From the NCBI RefSeq assembly GCF_009914755.1, contig NC_060929.1: 64,000 nucleotides of DNA; one strand, given 5' to 3'. The position numbers and the translations under genes were made by a program. The notes beneath the pieces were generated by a model. That model had not been told where the DNA came from, searched no databases, and saw only the letters and a program-made list of their open reading frames with translations. This DNA comes from the human T2T-CHM13v2.0 reference genome, Homo sapiens. Below, piece after piece: positions 27,161 through 40,158 of the stretch (within the stretch, counting starts at the first letter, position 1; every line of letters starts with the position of its first letter).

Positions 27161-27659
27161 CTATTAGTTTTCTACTGTTGGCTGTAACAAATTGCCACCA
27201 ACTTGGTGGCTTAAAAAGTACAAATTTATTATCTTACAGTTCTCTTGGTTACAAGTCTGACACAAGTCTCACTGCACTGAAACATCAAGGTGTCAGAAGG
27301 GCTACATCTCCTTTCAGGAGGCTCTAGGGGAGAATTCCTTTCCTTGTCTTTTCCAGCTTCTAGGGCCATCTGCATTCCGTGGCTCCTGGCCACCTCCTTC
27401 CATCTTTACAGCTTGCAAGTACAGACTGAATCTTCACTTTGCCATCTCTCTGGTTCTCTGCAGCCAGGAAATTTATCCACTTTAGAAGAGTCATGTCATT
27501 AGATTGGGCCCACCTGGATAATCTAGGAGACTCTCCCCGTTTTAAGACCCTTAAACTTAATCACATCTGCAAAGTCCTTTCGGCCATGTAAGTTAACATA
27601 TTCACAGGCTCCAGGAATTAAGACATGGATATCTTTGGGGGCCATTATTCTACCCGCCA
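27161..27659 (-). mobile_element. MaLR solo LTR, MLT1C/D-type
   Basis: gctgtaacaaattgccacc...aatttattatcttacagttct...tcaaggtgtcag...cttaatcacatctgcaaagtcc...gggggccattattcta. Confidence 0.92.
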
Positions 27660-30508
27660 TTGAAGGATAACAAAATGCATGGCTGATTTAATCTACATTA
27701 AATTCACACATCTGATATTTTTGCTGAAAATCATAAATTAAACTAGTGATTGCCAATAGAGACTATGAAACTTTGACCTAATTCATTGGATGTAATCATC
27801 CCCAAGGATATTAAAATGCCTCAAAATAATTAATGTGGGAAATTCAGATTAGAAAGAAATGTTTCACCAACTCAAATGTTCAAAACTCTTAGGTACAGAT
27901 GGGAGTCTCGTAAAGTGACACTATTCTTAGTTTAATATTTTTATTGAGAGGCTCACATCAGATGAAGTTAATTAAACAAAACTGATTTGGGACTGCAAAA
28001 TTTCCATTAGTTAACTCCTATGTGAATCAGCTGGGGTTTCTTTAGAAACAGAAGGGTAATACCTGGGCCACTAGAGAGCCAAATGTGAAATCTAGTAACC
28101 CTGAGTTTTGAATAACACTGTCGTTTATGGATCTGGCATTAAGCCATATGAGTCACAAAACCTAGCAGATGAATCTGACAGTTATGCCCTATACAGTTTC
28201 CTAGGAAAGGTACAATATATACATTAATCAATAACTTTAAACATGAGGGCAACAGCTGCAAAAATAGTTTCTTTTATTGTTCACATCCTGTGTTAATCAT
28301 ACATTTAAGCCAAATGATAGCACATGGGTCCATCCACACAAAGCGTAAGATAATTTATATCTAGTAGCTGTATTTTAACTTCTGCTAAATACAAGTGGTA
28401 AAGATGCAGAAGAGAGACTACTGTAGTATGTTAGTTTTGGACAGAAAGCCTAGATTTACATTTTGCTGTGGTTCTCTGAAAAAAAGGAGATGGAAAGAAA
28501 ACCAACTGTTTTCCTACACATATTCTTTTTTTATTTTTGGAATCATTTCCTGGAGAAAAACTAAATAGTACCTTAGGACCCTTGCTTAGACAATGGCTTG
28601 TGAAAATTACATTTCTTTGCAGGAAGTAATTATTTTTACACTGATTCTTTTTCATACCACAGTGTACAGCAACCTTAGGATTCTATGTTTAAAAAATCTG
28701 ATTTTATGTCATTATGAGATTGATTTGTCAATCAAAATACCATCATTAAAGGAGAGATATTATTTAACAATGAAGTTAAACATGAAAATCAGCTGGCTCT
28801 TTTATTTAATAAATAATGAAATAGCAATCTATCAAAAATACCTCCATAAATAAAATATACATTTAGTTATTTCTTTATGTACATAGTAAGCTCATTTCAA
28901 TGTTTAGTTTCTTTTATCTATCAATAGTATATACTAATGCAAGTGCTCACGTAAATAAAAACAAAACCCAAATACCTTTAAACATTTGAATATTTTTAAA
29001 AAGTATACAGAATATTCAATTTAATATGTATTTTATCCTACTACAGTAAATTAGAGAAGAGATGAAATCTATTTTGCTTATTTGAAAAAAAAAAACCTCA
29101 CAGAGCTGTTGCCTTCTTTGTGATAGAAGAGATTGTTTAATCTTTAAAACATTTTGAACTGACTCAGTTGCTTTACTAATCCCTTTACTTTGTTAAAAAT
29201 TATCTTTAAAGTTTACCTTTGAGAGAAATCAGAGATAAAGGAACTAATGGAGATGAGAGTTTTGAGATTTTGAATCTTTCTTGGTCAGTGGGCGTGGATA
29301 AAATAGAAGCAGACTTCAAAATCAGAAACTTCAAAGATCTTGATTTCTCACCAACTATATTGAAAACCAGTACAGAGTTTTATTTCCAGGGGGAATTTTT
29401 CCCAATGATGGCAGTAAAGTCATGCAGCAAGTGAGCAATGGAACTAGGAAGTTATCCTACGTCGTAACTACTCCAAAGACATTGCAGATCAGAGAACCAT
29501 TGCAAGCTCTCCTCATTTTTCTCACTGATCTTTCTCACTTAATCTCACTGATTCAGTTGTTTTTCTTTAATTTATTGTTGCTTTAATTTTACTTCCATCT
29601 TTAAATGAGGGCGAAACTTGCAGAAAGACATGCAATTATTGAAACTGTTTATGAAGAAAGTTGTTTTACTTTAATTTGTGGAATGCCCCATTTCTGCCAA
29701 TGTCTGCTATGGAAATGAAATTCTATAACTGGAACAATTTTTCCATTAACTCCTCTAAAACAGTCTACTTTGGAGTGAGGATTAATGGAAATAAAGGGTA
29801 CTCTTTCTGCAGGCAAAATCTTGTGACCTGGGGCAAATAGGGAGAAGAAAGGTTAAGCAGCAATACCTTAAAGGGCATGAAGCCATAGGAACAGATGGTA
29901 GCCATCTTTTGTGGGGGGTTTGCTATGACCAGTGCACTGGGGACTAGCCAGATTGAAAAGCTTAGAGAAGACTGTGCCCCATACCTGTTGCTTACTGTTT
30001 GTCATAGATGATTTTACAAAAACTAAGGAGTCTGTGGTAGGGGCAGGAGACTGGTTTCTGGATGTAGCCCCAGCAATGCTGGGAAATAGAACTGTTCCCG
30101 TGTGCTTTTTCTTTATGCCAAGGGTGCATGAGGGGATGGCAACTGGAGACCATCAGGTCCCCTTTAGTATTTATAAGCAAGGGAATGAGCTCACTAACGC
30201 AAAGATTTTAGTAAATTCAAACCTTCCAATAAGAAATTTATGCTGCAATTTAAGCTCAAAACTTCCCAAGAGTCTCAGTAGAGAAAATGACAGAGGAATA
30301 TGATTTACTAATGGTGTTATTAGAGTACAAGAGTCAGGTGGCATTGTTTACCTTATTGCCAAAAGTCAGTTCTGTCTTCTTCAATCAGAATACAATCCAA
30401 GCAATTACTATTGAATGCCCTCACGTGGGTGATGGTGCACTAAGTACAATGCAGAATTAATCAAGGGACAGTGTGACCTCAGATCTCAAGTAGTTTAAGC
30501 CAAAAGCG

Positions 30509-30632
30509 TCTCTCTCTCTCTCTCTCCCTCTCTCTATATATACATATATATTGATATATACATATATATAGATATATACATATATTGATATATACATATA
30601 TATTGATATATACATATATTGATATGTATATA
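30509..30632. repeat. Compound (CT)n plus AT-rich 16-18-bp minisatellite
   Basis: tctctc... followed by about 5 units of gatatatacatata(ta)tt. Confidence 0.92.
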
Positions 30633-32539
30633 GAGGATAACTTTCTTATTACTTAAAAGCTATTATTGTTTTATTTTCATGGTAATTTTTGCCAAGCAGC
30701 AAATTGCAGTTGGGATTTCATAAATTCATTTTATTTGCATTCAGTGAAAGAGTATATTTTTCTTAAAATTCTAAATTGATGTATTTACTTGATGGCAGAT
30801 CTGCAGTTATTCCATTAAGCTTTGTATCTCTGCCCTATGCTTTCCCAACCCCCATCACACTTGCCTGACTGTAAAACTCACATATCTTTCTTTTGTGTTC
30901 TTTCTGTGATAGAGTTTTCCCCTCTTTCTTATACAAATCCATGTGTGCAGCACACATGCACACACACGCACCCCCCATACACACAGTTACTTTACAATGA
31001 GCTGTTCTAAACCTAGTCCTTCTCTTTACTTTTATTCCTCTATCTTCCTTTAGTCTCCCTATAACTTGTATTTTAAGCAACCAACTCCTATTTATTGCAC
31101 CCCCACTGAATGTAAAACACTATGCTACACACTGGGGTCTCCCCGTCATTTCCCCACTGCAGATCCTTGCCTCTACAGTTAACAGTATTTCCTTCTGATG
31201 GGGACAAGTTAGGTAAAATAAAGGAGATAGTGGGCAGAAGGAAAGGATGTTGTTGGTTATAGAGCGAAGAAAGTAAAGATAGAAACCAGGAGAAAGGGAA
31301 CTGAAACAGAGCACCGAGATTGTGTTGGGATTTTGGAATCGTGTTAGGGCAATAGGAGGAGGTAAAGAAGCAGCAGCAGCAAAATGTTTTTGAGTGTTTT
31401 ATCAGGCATTTTATGGTGAATAAAATAGATTACTATATTTACACATTGAACCTTCTGCATTAAATTACTAGTTTATCCTTTTCAGCTAGCTAGAATCCAA
31501 GTTTAAACACCCCCAAACCTTACTTACATTTCTTTGATATCACTGTAGCTATTCCAGTATCCTGCCCATCCTCTGGCCCCCATTTCTCCCTCTCTCTTGC
31601 TTAACTTTTAAAATGAAGTCCCTATTCAGAAAAAACTTGTGCTTCCTAAATGAAACCTAAAGAGGAAGTTGTTCTTATGCCAAAAATCAGCGTATATCTG
31701 ACTTGATTGTTATCTAGAGTTATCTCCTAACATGTTAGCTCCATGAAGATTTTCTGATTAGGTTGAACTGTTGTTGAAAGACTGGTGGTGCAGAAACAAT
31801 AAGTTGGCATTTGTCCAAACTTAGTACTAAGTGTTGAAAGTTGGAAGAGTAACTGATTTTTCTAGTCACTGTAGTTTTCATTATAACAATCTCCTTTATA
31901 AATTTGGTTTGCAGCCTATATATTTTTGTATCATAGCAGATTTTGCACTGGTTATCTAGTTTAAAGTTTCAGTATTTGAGATTTTTTCATCTTTTCAATA
32001 ATGTCAAAGAAATGTTGGGTTTAGCGGTTTTTAAACTTGGGATCTGGAAAAAAGAAAAAGATCATTCTTGTTGAAAGGTTTCAGTGAGTCATCCAGAAAT
32101 TTATACTTATGCCTCCTGACAGCCAGTAATTATTGGATTGCAGTTATTTTTCAGAAGTGTTTACTCCGAGTTGAGGTTTTATGTTATTGATGATCTGAAT
32201 CATGAGTTTAACTCTCATGTTAATCCAATAGTTTAAGTCATCTGCCAGCCTGTGTAAAATTACTATTTTACCACTGGACACACATTTTAATTCTTTGCCA
32301 CAAAAGCAGCATTGGGCTCAGAGAATTAAGGCATTCTCTGCCTCAAGGAACTTACATTATAGGAGGAGAGAGAAGATGAGAACACAGGACTGTGATGCCA
32401 CACTGGTACAAATGCCCCTATTTCTTTTCTCCCCTTAGTAGCAAAACTGCTCAAGTACAGTCTGGGCATGTTGTTTCCATTTCTTTTTCTCTTGGTAACT
32501 CTTGAACCCACTTTTGAGAACCCTCCTCTCCTTCAAAGC

Positions 32540-34265
32540 CACTCACATCAGGATCACGGGTGGCTTCAGGTCAAGAGAGTGGTCAGTGCTCTGTCCTCCG
32601 CTGACTTGACTTTTCAGCATCATTTGGGACACGTAGTTTTTCTGTACTCCAAAAAGTGCCACATTCATCTGGTTTTCCTTCACCCTAACTCACTGTTCTT
32701 TCCAGTCTCATTTGCTCATGATCTTCCTGACTCTAAAAGTTGGAGTATCCTAAAGTTCAGTCCTACTTTCTTCTCTATTAAAACTCACTCTCTTCATGAT
32801 CTTATTCTCTTATTAAGTCTCATGGCTTTAAATTCCATCCATATGCTGACAGTTTTTAAATTCATATTGCTGATTTGAACCTCTCTCATGAGCTCTAGAC
32901 AATATATTTCTGCTTGGGGTATCTAATAAGCATCCTACAAATAATATGTCCCAAACTCCTGGTCATTTCCCTCTACCAAACTTGCTCTTCTATTTCCTAT
33001 CTCAGTTATCCCAGAAATCATCAATATTAACATGTTGGTATGTATTTGTCCAGGCTCCTATGGGGATGCATGTTTATTTCTCACTCTCACTCATGAGATC
33101 ATATTGTGTATGCTGTTTTCTTCCTCTTTTTCCCTCATTTACTGTGAACATGTTTTATATACTCTTAAATATTATTTGAAACCTAGCTGTTAGTAGTTAC
33201 TTAGTTGTACCACAATTTATTAACTAATCCCTTGTAGTTGAACATTAGGTTGCTACCCTTGACTTACTATTATAATTAAAATTTAAAAAGAAATACTTCA
33301 TCACTCTAGTTTTGTACTATCTCAATATGGTAGCCACTTGCTACATGTGGCTGTTAAGTAATTAAATATGGCTAGTCCCAATTAAAATATGCTCAAAATG
33401 TGAATGCACACCAGATTTCAAAGATGTAATTTGAAAAAAAGATGGTACAATATTTCATTAATAATTTTTATATTAATTACTTAGTGAAATAATATTTTGG
33501 TTATATTAGGTTAAATGTGATATATTTTTAAAGTGATTTCATTTTTGCCTTTTTGCTTCTGAAAAAAGCAAAATTACTATCAGAAAATTAAAAATTAAAT
33601 GTATGGTTCACATTATATTTTTATTGGATGGCACTATCATTAATTCTTGCTTAGATTTGTGTAACAGCATTTTAACTTGTCTCCTGACTCCTGCGGTCTA
33701 ATGTCAATAGAGTGGCCACAGTAATTCTTCCAAAACATGTTATCAGATCATGTCTCTCCTCTCCTCAAAACACTCCAGAGGCTTCTCATCTTATTTTTTA
33801 GTAAACCAAGTCCTCAGAAGCCATGTCTTAGAAAGCTGGTCCCTGTCTACCTTTTGACTTTATTTCTCCCTATCACAAGCCAAACATATTTCCATGTTGG
33901 GCCTTTTTAATTGCTCCTCCCCCTTCCTGGAGTGCTGTTCCTCCAGGTGTCTGCAGGGCCTGTGCAGTCACCTCTTTCAGGTCTTTTCTTTGTAAAACCT
34001 TTACCGAAAACCTACTTAAACTTTTTTTTTCTCAAAAAAAAAAAAAAAAAAAAAAAGACCTATTTAAAATTATGACCTTACCCTGCCCAACTGCTCCCAA
34101 TAACCCCTAACTCTTTTTCTTGCTTTTTAAAACAAAATCTTAGCACTTGTCAAATTTAACATAACATATTGTTTTCTTATTAATTACATTTATTTTTCTG
34201 CTTTTCCCCACCAGAACATAAGTTGCAGAAGGGCAGGAGGCTTTGCTTTATTCACTTTATTCAAT
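32540..34265 (+). mobile_element. L2a fragment interrupted by L1ME-like and MER33 inserts
   Basis: catggctttaaattccatccatatgctgac...tctaataagcatc; resumes near 33640 (tcagatcatgtctctcctct...cacctctttcaggtctt...agaacataagttgcagaagggcagg). Confidence 0.8.
33310..33636. mobile_element. MER33 (hAT-Charlie) MITE
   Basis: caatatggtagccacttgctacatgtggct...cacaccagatttcaaaga...tcacattatatttttattgga. Confidence 0.85.
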
Positions 34266-34559
34266 GTAGCAACATAACAAAGAGTATAATGGATTATGTT
34301 CTACTCCAAATTTAGTAAGTTAGCGTAGTAAATAACCTGTTACATAGAGAACACACAGTTCCTTTCAAAAACAATTGTGAGATGTGGCCTCTAGTCTTAT
34401 AAAAATTAACAGTTGAAAAAAAAAAAGGAAAATGTAGCATACCAGTTATGTAACTGTCAAATGGTTAAACCTATTCTGCCCTTTACAGACCTTGTCCCAG
34501 TGACGTCTTGGTGGTATATGACACTGTAGATCACCATTCCCAAGAAATAAGTAGGCATG

Positions 34560-34872
34560 AGGAAGCATTATGAACTGTCATGTGTCTTTGCTCAGGATGT
34601 CCTTTGTCCAGTATGCCCTTCCCTCTGCCTCATTTGTTCCAGAGAAAGCCTACTTATCCCTCTGAAAGTCTCCCCAAGTCCCAGCAAGATGAGTTCTTCC
34701 CTCCTTTGTGCCACCAGTCATGCAAGGTCTTGTTATATGTGTGGCCTTTTTTTATGTTCAGTTATTTGCTAGACTCAGATCCTTCAGAGCAGGTGTCATC
34801 TTTATTTACTTTTATGTTCCAAATCTCAATATGTAATAAGCACTTGATAAATGCTTCTTGAATGAATCAATT
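34560..34872 (+). mobile_element. L2 3' remnant
   Basis: Ends taagcacttgataaatgcttcttgaatgaatcaa. Confidence 0.6.
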
Positions 34873-36222
34873 TCTTTTGTTATGAATGCACATTTAGAGT
34901 TTGGAAATCTTTTCATCATATTTGTGCACACACACCTCTTCTCAAACTTAAAAACATAACGAACTGTTGAGATTGATATGAATCTCCGAATTTACTCTTT
35001 AATTCTTGATGCCAAAATATTTGATGGTAGTGAGAGGGCGAAAGAGAATAACTGAGCTGGGAGGATACAAAACAGAAAGACAGACGAGAGCTGTTTCTCT
35101 TTAATCTCTCCTATATTCTTTGCTGCTTGCTTGCACTTTGCAGTCAAACAGATCCTGAAACCCTCCAAAGTGGAAGTGCAAACCTTACATTATAATTGTA
35201 CTTGCACATTTTCTGTTCAAGTGATGAAATATGTGTGAAATATGGTGAGTTCCAGAATACATTCATTTATGAAAATAATAGCAAACAGAAAAACAAAATA
35301 GAACAACAACAATGAAACAACCTACCATCGTTTTGGTGAAAATGAGCAGGGTGTCACTTGCTAGAAAAGTTTTGAAAGTGCTGGTGTGATAATATGAATA
35401 TATTCACAAATATACATATAATAGTATAAATTTGTATTTATATATTTATATATGTTTATAAATTTGTAAATTTTCTCACCTTATTGAATTTTAGTAGGGT
35501 GACTCTTAGATATCCAAAATATTTGTGTATAATATTTTATTTTTTCAGGTATTGCCTCTTCACTTTAATTCTTTCACAGACATTAGCATTGCCTTAAAAG
35601 AAACAATGTAAACCATTGCACTGCAATAAAATAGAAATATTTTTGAGAGGAGAGTCATTCTACCACAGATTTTGTTCTTAATCAACAGTGCTCATATTTT
35701 TGTTTTTTGGCCAGTACTATATATAGGGATTTCTCCTTTCATTTACGAAAGAAAGTACATGGTATGTCTCGTACTCTGAAAATGTGCAGTTCTGGCAGTT
35801 ACCCTGGATGGTTATGCTATCATAATTAAAACACAGATGGAGCTCATTTCTTTCCCAAGTGTTTGATTGGCAGACACTCTGTGATCAACACTCCTCTCTG
35901 CTGAACACATCAGCGCCATCTGCCTTCAGTCTGCCTAGAGAGGGTGGTCGCAGTAGAATTTCCCCATCATCGCATGATACTTTAAGTAGAGTATGTTCCT
36001 TTAGCTGAAGGCATCAAATAATTTATGCAAAAAATACATATATTTTTATCACTGTTGGTTTGCAATTTAATGAAATATTTATTAATAATTGTGTTTTTAA
36101 AAAATTCATGACTCCTTTTCTCCAATTAAAATATTTAGAACATAGCATAAAATCACCACATCTTGGAAAAGTTAAAGTTTCTAAATAAATTGAGCTGATG
36201 GGGCATTTTGTTTTTAGTGAGA

Positions 36223-36295
36223 TTGTTAGAGATGATTTCAAATCAGGGTCCTGTGTGTTGTTAGAGATGATTTCAAATCAGGGTCCTGTGTGTTG
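36223..36295. repeat. Perfect 35-bp tandem duplication
   Basis: (ttgttagagatgatttcaaatcagggtcctgtgtg)x2 plus ttg. Confidence 0.98.
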
Positions 36296-37597
36296 AACCA
36301 TTCATGCAAGAGCTACTCACAAATGGAACTACTTCAATATATTCTCTCTTAAGCCTAACATTAAAATAGTTTCAAAAGAATATGCTCATTTTAAAATTTT
36401 TATAACTGTTAGATTATGATAAATGGTACTTCTTGGATATCATGGTAAGAAATGGAAAGAAATTTATGCTCACCCAATTTTAATGCAGATAAGTGAATGT
36501 GGGTTGATAATTATGTAGAAAAAGATACATTTAAGATATTGGAAGCATAGGAAAAATGGTATTTTTAAGAAGAAAAAAAGATAACTATTTCATTGTCCTA
36601 GAAACATTTTGCAATATATGGTACTTACACAAACGTATAATCTAGATTAGTGAGGAATACACATGTATTATGCATAACAACATAAATTCTGTATATAATG
36701 AAATAATAATGAAAAATTGGTTGGAATTCTACCTTCCCTGTCCACATGGATAAGTAATTATAATTGACAAGATGAAAACATGCTATGTAGTACTTATGGG
36801 AAAAACGGAATGAATTAAAGTTTATTCTACAGAATGTTAGAACAAAGAATAAAGGAATTAAATTTAAAAACATTCTGAAGAACCCTGGAATACACTCATT
36901 GCTTTGGTTCCTGTGGAAACCCACTTACAAGAAAGGGCAAGAGTGACTTGGATTTTGGCAAGAATTTGAGGATTAGATTGGTAAAGCTAATCACTTCACA
37001 GTTGGAGTGAGAAGATGAGTTTTGGAGGTGAACCAACAGAAAAGAAGGAACATAGTATGAATATATAGAAATTTTTCATCTTCTGTACCTTTAAAGATAA
37101 ACTCTGAATTAGATTTTCATTTTGTTTGACTATATCATCACCTCTATTCAAGCTTGGAATTTTTCAAGGTAAGGATTGGAGATGGGAAGGGAGAAAGAAG
37201 AGTTTTAACCTTCTTTAAGAGAAGTTTTAGCTTATGTAAAAACCATTTATCCTGAGGAGCTTACATGCTCATGAGGGAAAGAATGAGGATAATTTTGATA
37301 TGAAGGATTGGAATAAGTGTTATAAAGAAAGTGGAAGTTCAGAGAAAGGAGAACGTTCCCCACTTCAGAGGTATGTCTAAGAACACCTGAACACAGACTC
37401 ACTCACTCAAGTCCTCTTCCTCTAACTGGCGCTGTCTTCCTTCCCAAACTATTTCTTTCTGGGCCAGTTTTATTTTGTGTTGACATTTTCTATATAGTTT
37501 ACATTTACAAATACCCACTTGTACAAATACCCCTTATTATGATTATACATATAATATGGATCTCCAGAGAACTTTATTAAATGTCGTTTGGTTAATA

Positions 37598-37790
37598 ACC
37601 AACATTTATTGAGTACCTACTGTGTGTCAGACACTTTTCTAAGCACCTTTTCATTTTACTCTCACAGCAAACCTATGAAGAAAGTACTGTTATAATTACC
37701 TTATTTTGCAAATGAAGAAACTGCCTAAAATGACCCAGTTAATCCAGTAGAGAGATTGGGATTACTTGGACAGACTGGCTCCAGATTACC
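37598..37790 (-). mobile_element. MIR (abutting or interrupted by MER6)
   Basis: aacatttattgagtacctactgtgtgtcagacact...ctcacagcaaacctatga...attttgcaaatgaagaaactg. Confidence 0.85.
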
Positions 37791-37793
37791 GCA

Positions 37794-38633
37794 CAGTAGA
37801 TCCCCATAGGTTCTTGGAAAAACTGTGACTTTAAGTGAAATAATATATAATGAAAGCAATTTTACCATAAGCAAATTTAAGTTTCTGCTGCATATTTCTG
37901 GTCACAAAAACAATATCAAACTTCTAAATAAAAACCTAAATTGCTTCTCACATTAAACATTGAAATAAGTGTGAGTTATACATACATTTAAGAAAGACTA
38001 ATAAAAGCAAGTAAGATAATTATTTACCCAATTTGGGGGATTCAATCAGTGATGGTAGTTGTAGTGGTGATGGGTTAAATCCAGAGATAAAGGTCTTCAA
38101 AGAGAAAATTGTCAGGCACAGCTCCTACCAACATGCAGATAAAAACCAAATAATAACGATTATGGCCGGCCCCCTGAGCACTTTCATTTTGCATCATTTA
38201 TTGTTGTACATTTGTATGATTATCATCTACTTTACACATTTTTATTTGACAATAATTTGTATTCATTTGCTCATTCATCTATTTATTTTCCAACCTGCCT
38301 ATTCTAATTTAGAGTCACAGGTGGCCAAAGCCTATCCTGGCAGCTCAGGGTGCAAGGCAGGAACCCACCCTGGACAGAATGCCATCCCACCGACGAGCAC
38401 ATACACGCATTCACTCATGCTAATTCCAAGCGGGACCATTTAGCCAAACCAGTTTACCTAACATGCACAGCTTTGGAATGTGAGAGGAAACCAGAGTACC
38501 CAAGAAAACTCACATAGACATGAGGAGTGCCCTAGACACAGACAGTGCCCTAGCCAGGAATCGATTTTTTTTTTCTCCTCATCAACCTTATAATGAAATG
38601 AAGTTGAAGGAAACATTATTTGAGGACCTGCTA
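37794..38633 (-). mobile_element. MER6 (TcMar-Tigger family), near full length
   Basis: Right end aatcgatttttt...catcaacc.tataa...ttatttgaggacctgct is the reverse complement of the MER6 start; internal ggaatgtgagaggaaaccagagtaccc; TA flank. Confidence 0.88.
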
Positions 38634-40106
38634 TACTCTGGTGTTATTAAAACAGACCCAGTTCCCAGAACTGCCCTAAGTGTGAAGAGTTAATGCCTCC
38701 CCAGGATTAAACCCAAGGAAGGGGCAGCAGGGAAGACTGAGAAGATACCCTTAGAAAGAGCAATTAAACCAAATGCAGGAAAGAGCAGTGAGAAGGGAAA
38801 TTACCATTGGAGATCCTGGGTGAGGAAGCCAACTTTGTAGAGCAGAGTCACCTGCCCTGGCACACACTCACCTTGACCCATACACAGACTCCTGCTACAC
38901 ATGTGCCCACCTGGATTCCTCCCCACTCATCCCAGTCCATGGCCCTCCCCCACCCTCTATGGCCAGTCTAAAGGACTGATGTGCAACCAAGAAACAAAGT
39001 AAGGACAAGCACTCCTTTAGTGGAAAATAAGTTTTATTTCGTTTTTTTCCCCCAGTTGAAAAAGATTTCTGAGAAGCTGAGCTAGGTATTGAGTGGGATG
39101 TGGAAAAGTGAATCTCTGACCTTCAACCATGATAGCAGAAAGTGCATTGGACTGAGGGAGCCTGAATCCCCTTGTCTTAGTCTCAGGCTTTAGCTAACAC
39201 TTCAGAATTAGGTTCCTGATGTTTGTATATTTTGTCACCAAAGCTGAGAGTTTGAATACTGTCAAAAGTTGTTACAGAATAGAGTAAAATCACAATGTTT
39301 ACTTAGCAACACTGAGTTGAAATAGAGTCATAAGTTGCTATAAAAATCTTGCTAAATTTCAGGGAAGAACTTTTAAAAAAATAAGTAAAAATTAATGGTA
39401 AACCCCTACTTTAAAAAAAAAATCAAAGCCTAAAAGTTTTTTCTCCTTAAAGTATTTCAAATATGTGACCATCACATATAACTTTGGTGTGGGAAATAAT
39501 TAGACATGAAAGACTGAATAACTGGGTGATTCAGACTTTCCTACATCTGTGACTTGATTCCTGAAAGGAGCGCTGGAACAGATGTCAAACTATAATCAGA
39601 GTGAGCAATTAAAACCAAGTAATCTTAGAACCTACTTAACTAAGAATGAGAGTTATGGACCTTCTTTTATTCCATGGGCATTTTCTTCTAAGAGTGAGCA
39701 TTAAGAAAGAAACTGAAATATGACCCAGAATTAAGCTCTAAAGTCCAGTAGTCCTGAGTTTATGTACTGTAAACACTTGTAATCTATGCTCATAAGTGAA
39801 CTTTTAATAGTCCTGTTCTCATGTTCACTTCATAGAGCAGAGTCTGAACTTGTTATATGCAGGTCACAGAAAGGGAACTAACTGTATCTCAAATAGACCC
39901 TGACCATGAAAAAGATACTAGTTCTGCCCCCTTCTTCGTTTAGGAGAAAAATACTCAAAGTTTCATTATGTAATCTTTTCTTTGTATGTTTATTAAACAT
40001 TAATTCAGCTTATTTATTGTTGTTTTAAAGAGCACCAGAAATGGAAACATGTAAGATGACATTTGGTTTATTGAAGCCCTACAAAACTAGCGGATGGTTT
40101 AGGGAA

Positions 40107-40158
40107 GCAGCATTAAAGATGCTATTGATCCTTAATTCAAGACCATACTTAATGCTGC
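40107..40158. other. Imperfect 22-bp-arm stem-loop in unique DNA
   Basis: gcagcattaaagatgctattga [tccttaat] tcaagaccatacttaatgctgc: 18/22 Watson-Crick pairs, no bulges. Confidence 0.75.

Noticed and set aside
29932-30303. 123-aa ORF in non-repeat DNA
   Set aside because: Non-ATG start, no similarity to a protein I know and no clear splice boundaries; the length is compatible with chance.
32468-32878. 136-aa ORF, plus the 136-aa ORFs at 38033-38443 and 50518-50928
   Set aside because: They lie in L2, MER6 and L2 fossils respectively, with no recognisable domain or coding-like composition.
36223-36295. 35-bp direct repeats with an internal palindrome as a CRISPR-like array
   Set aside because: Only two adjacent copies, no spacers, human context; it is a simple duplication.
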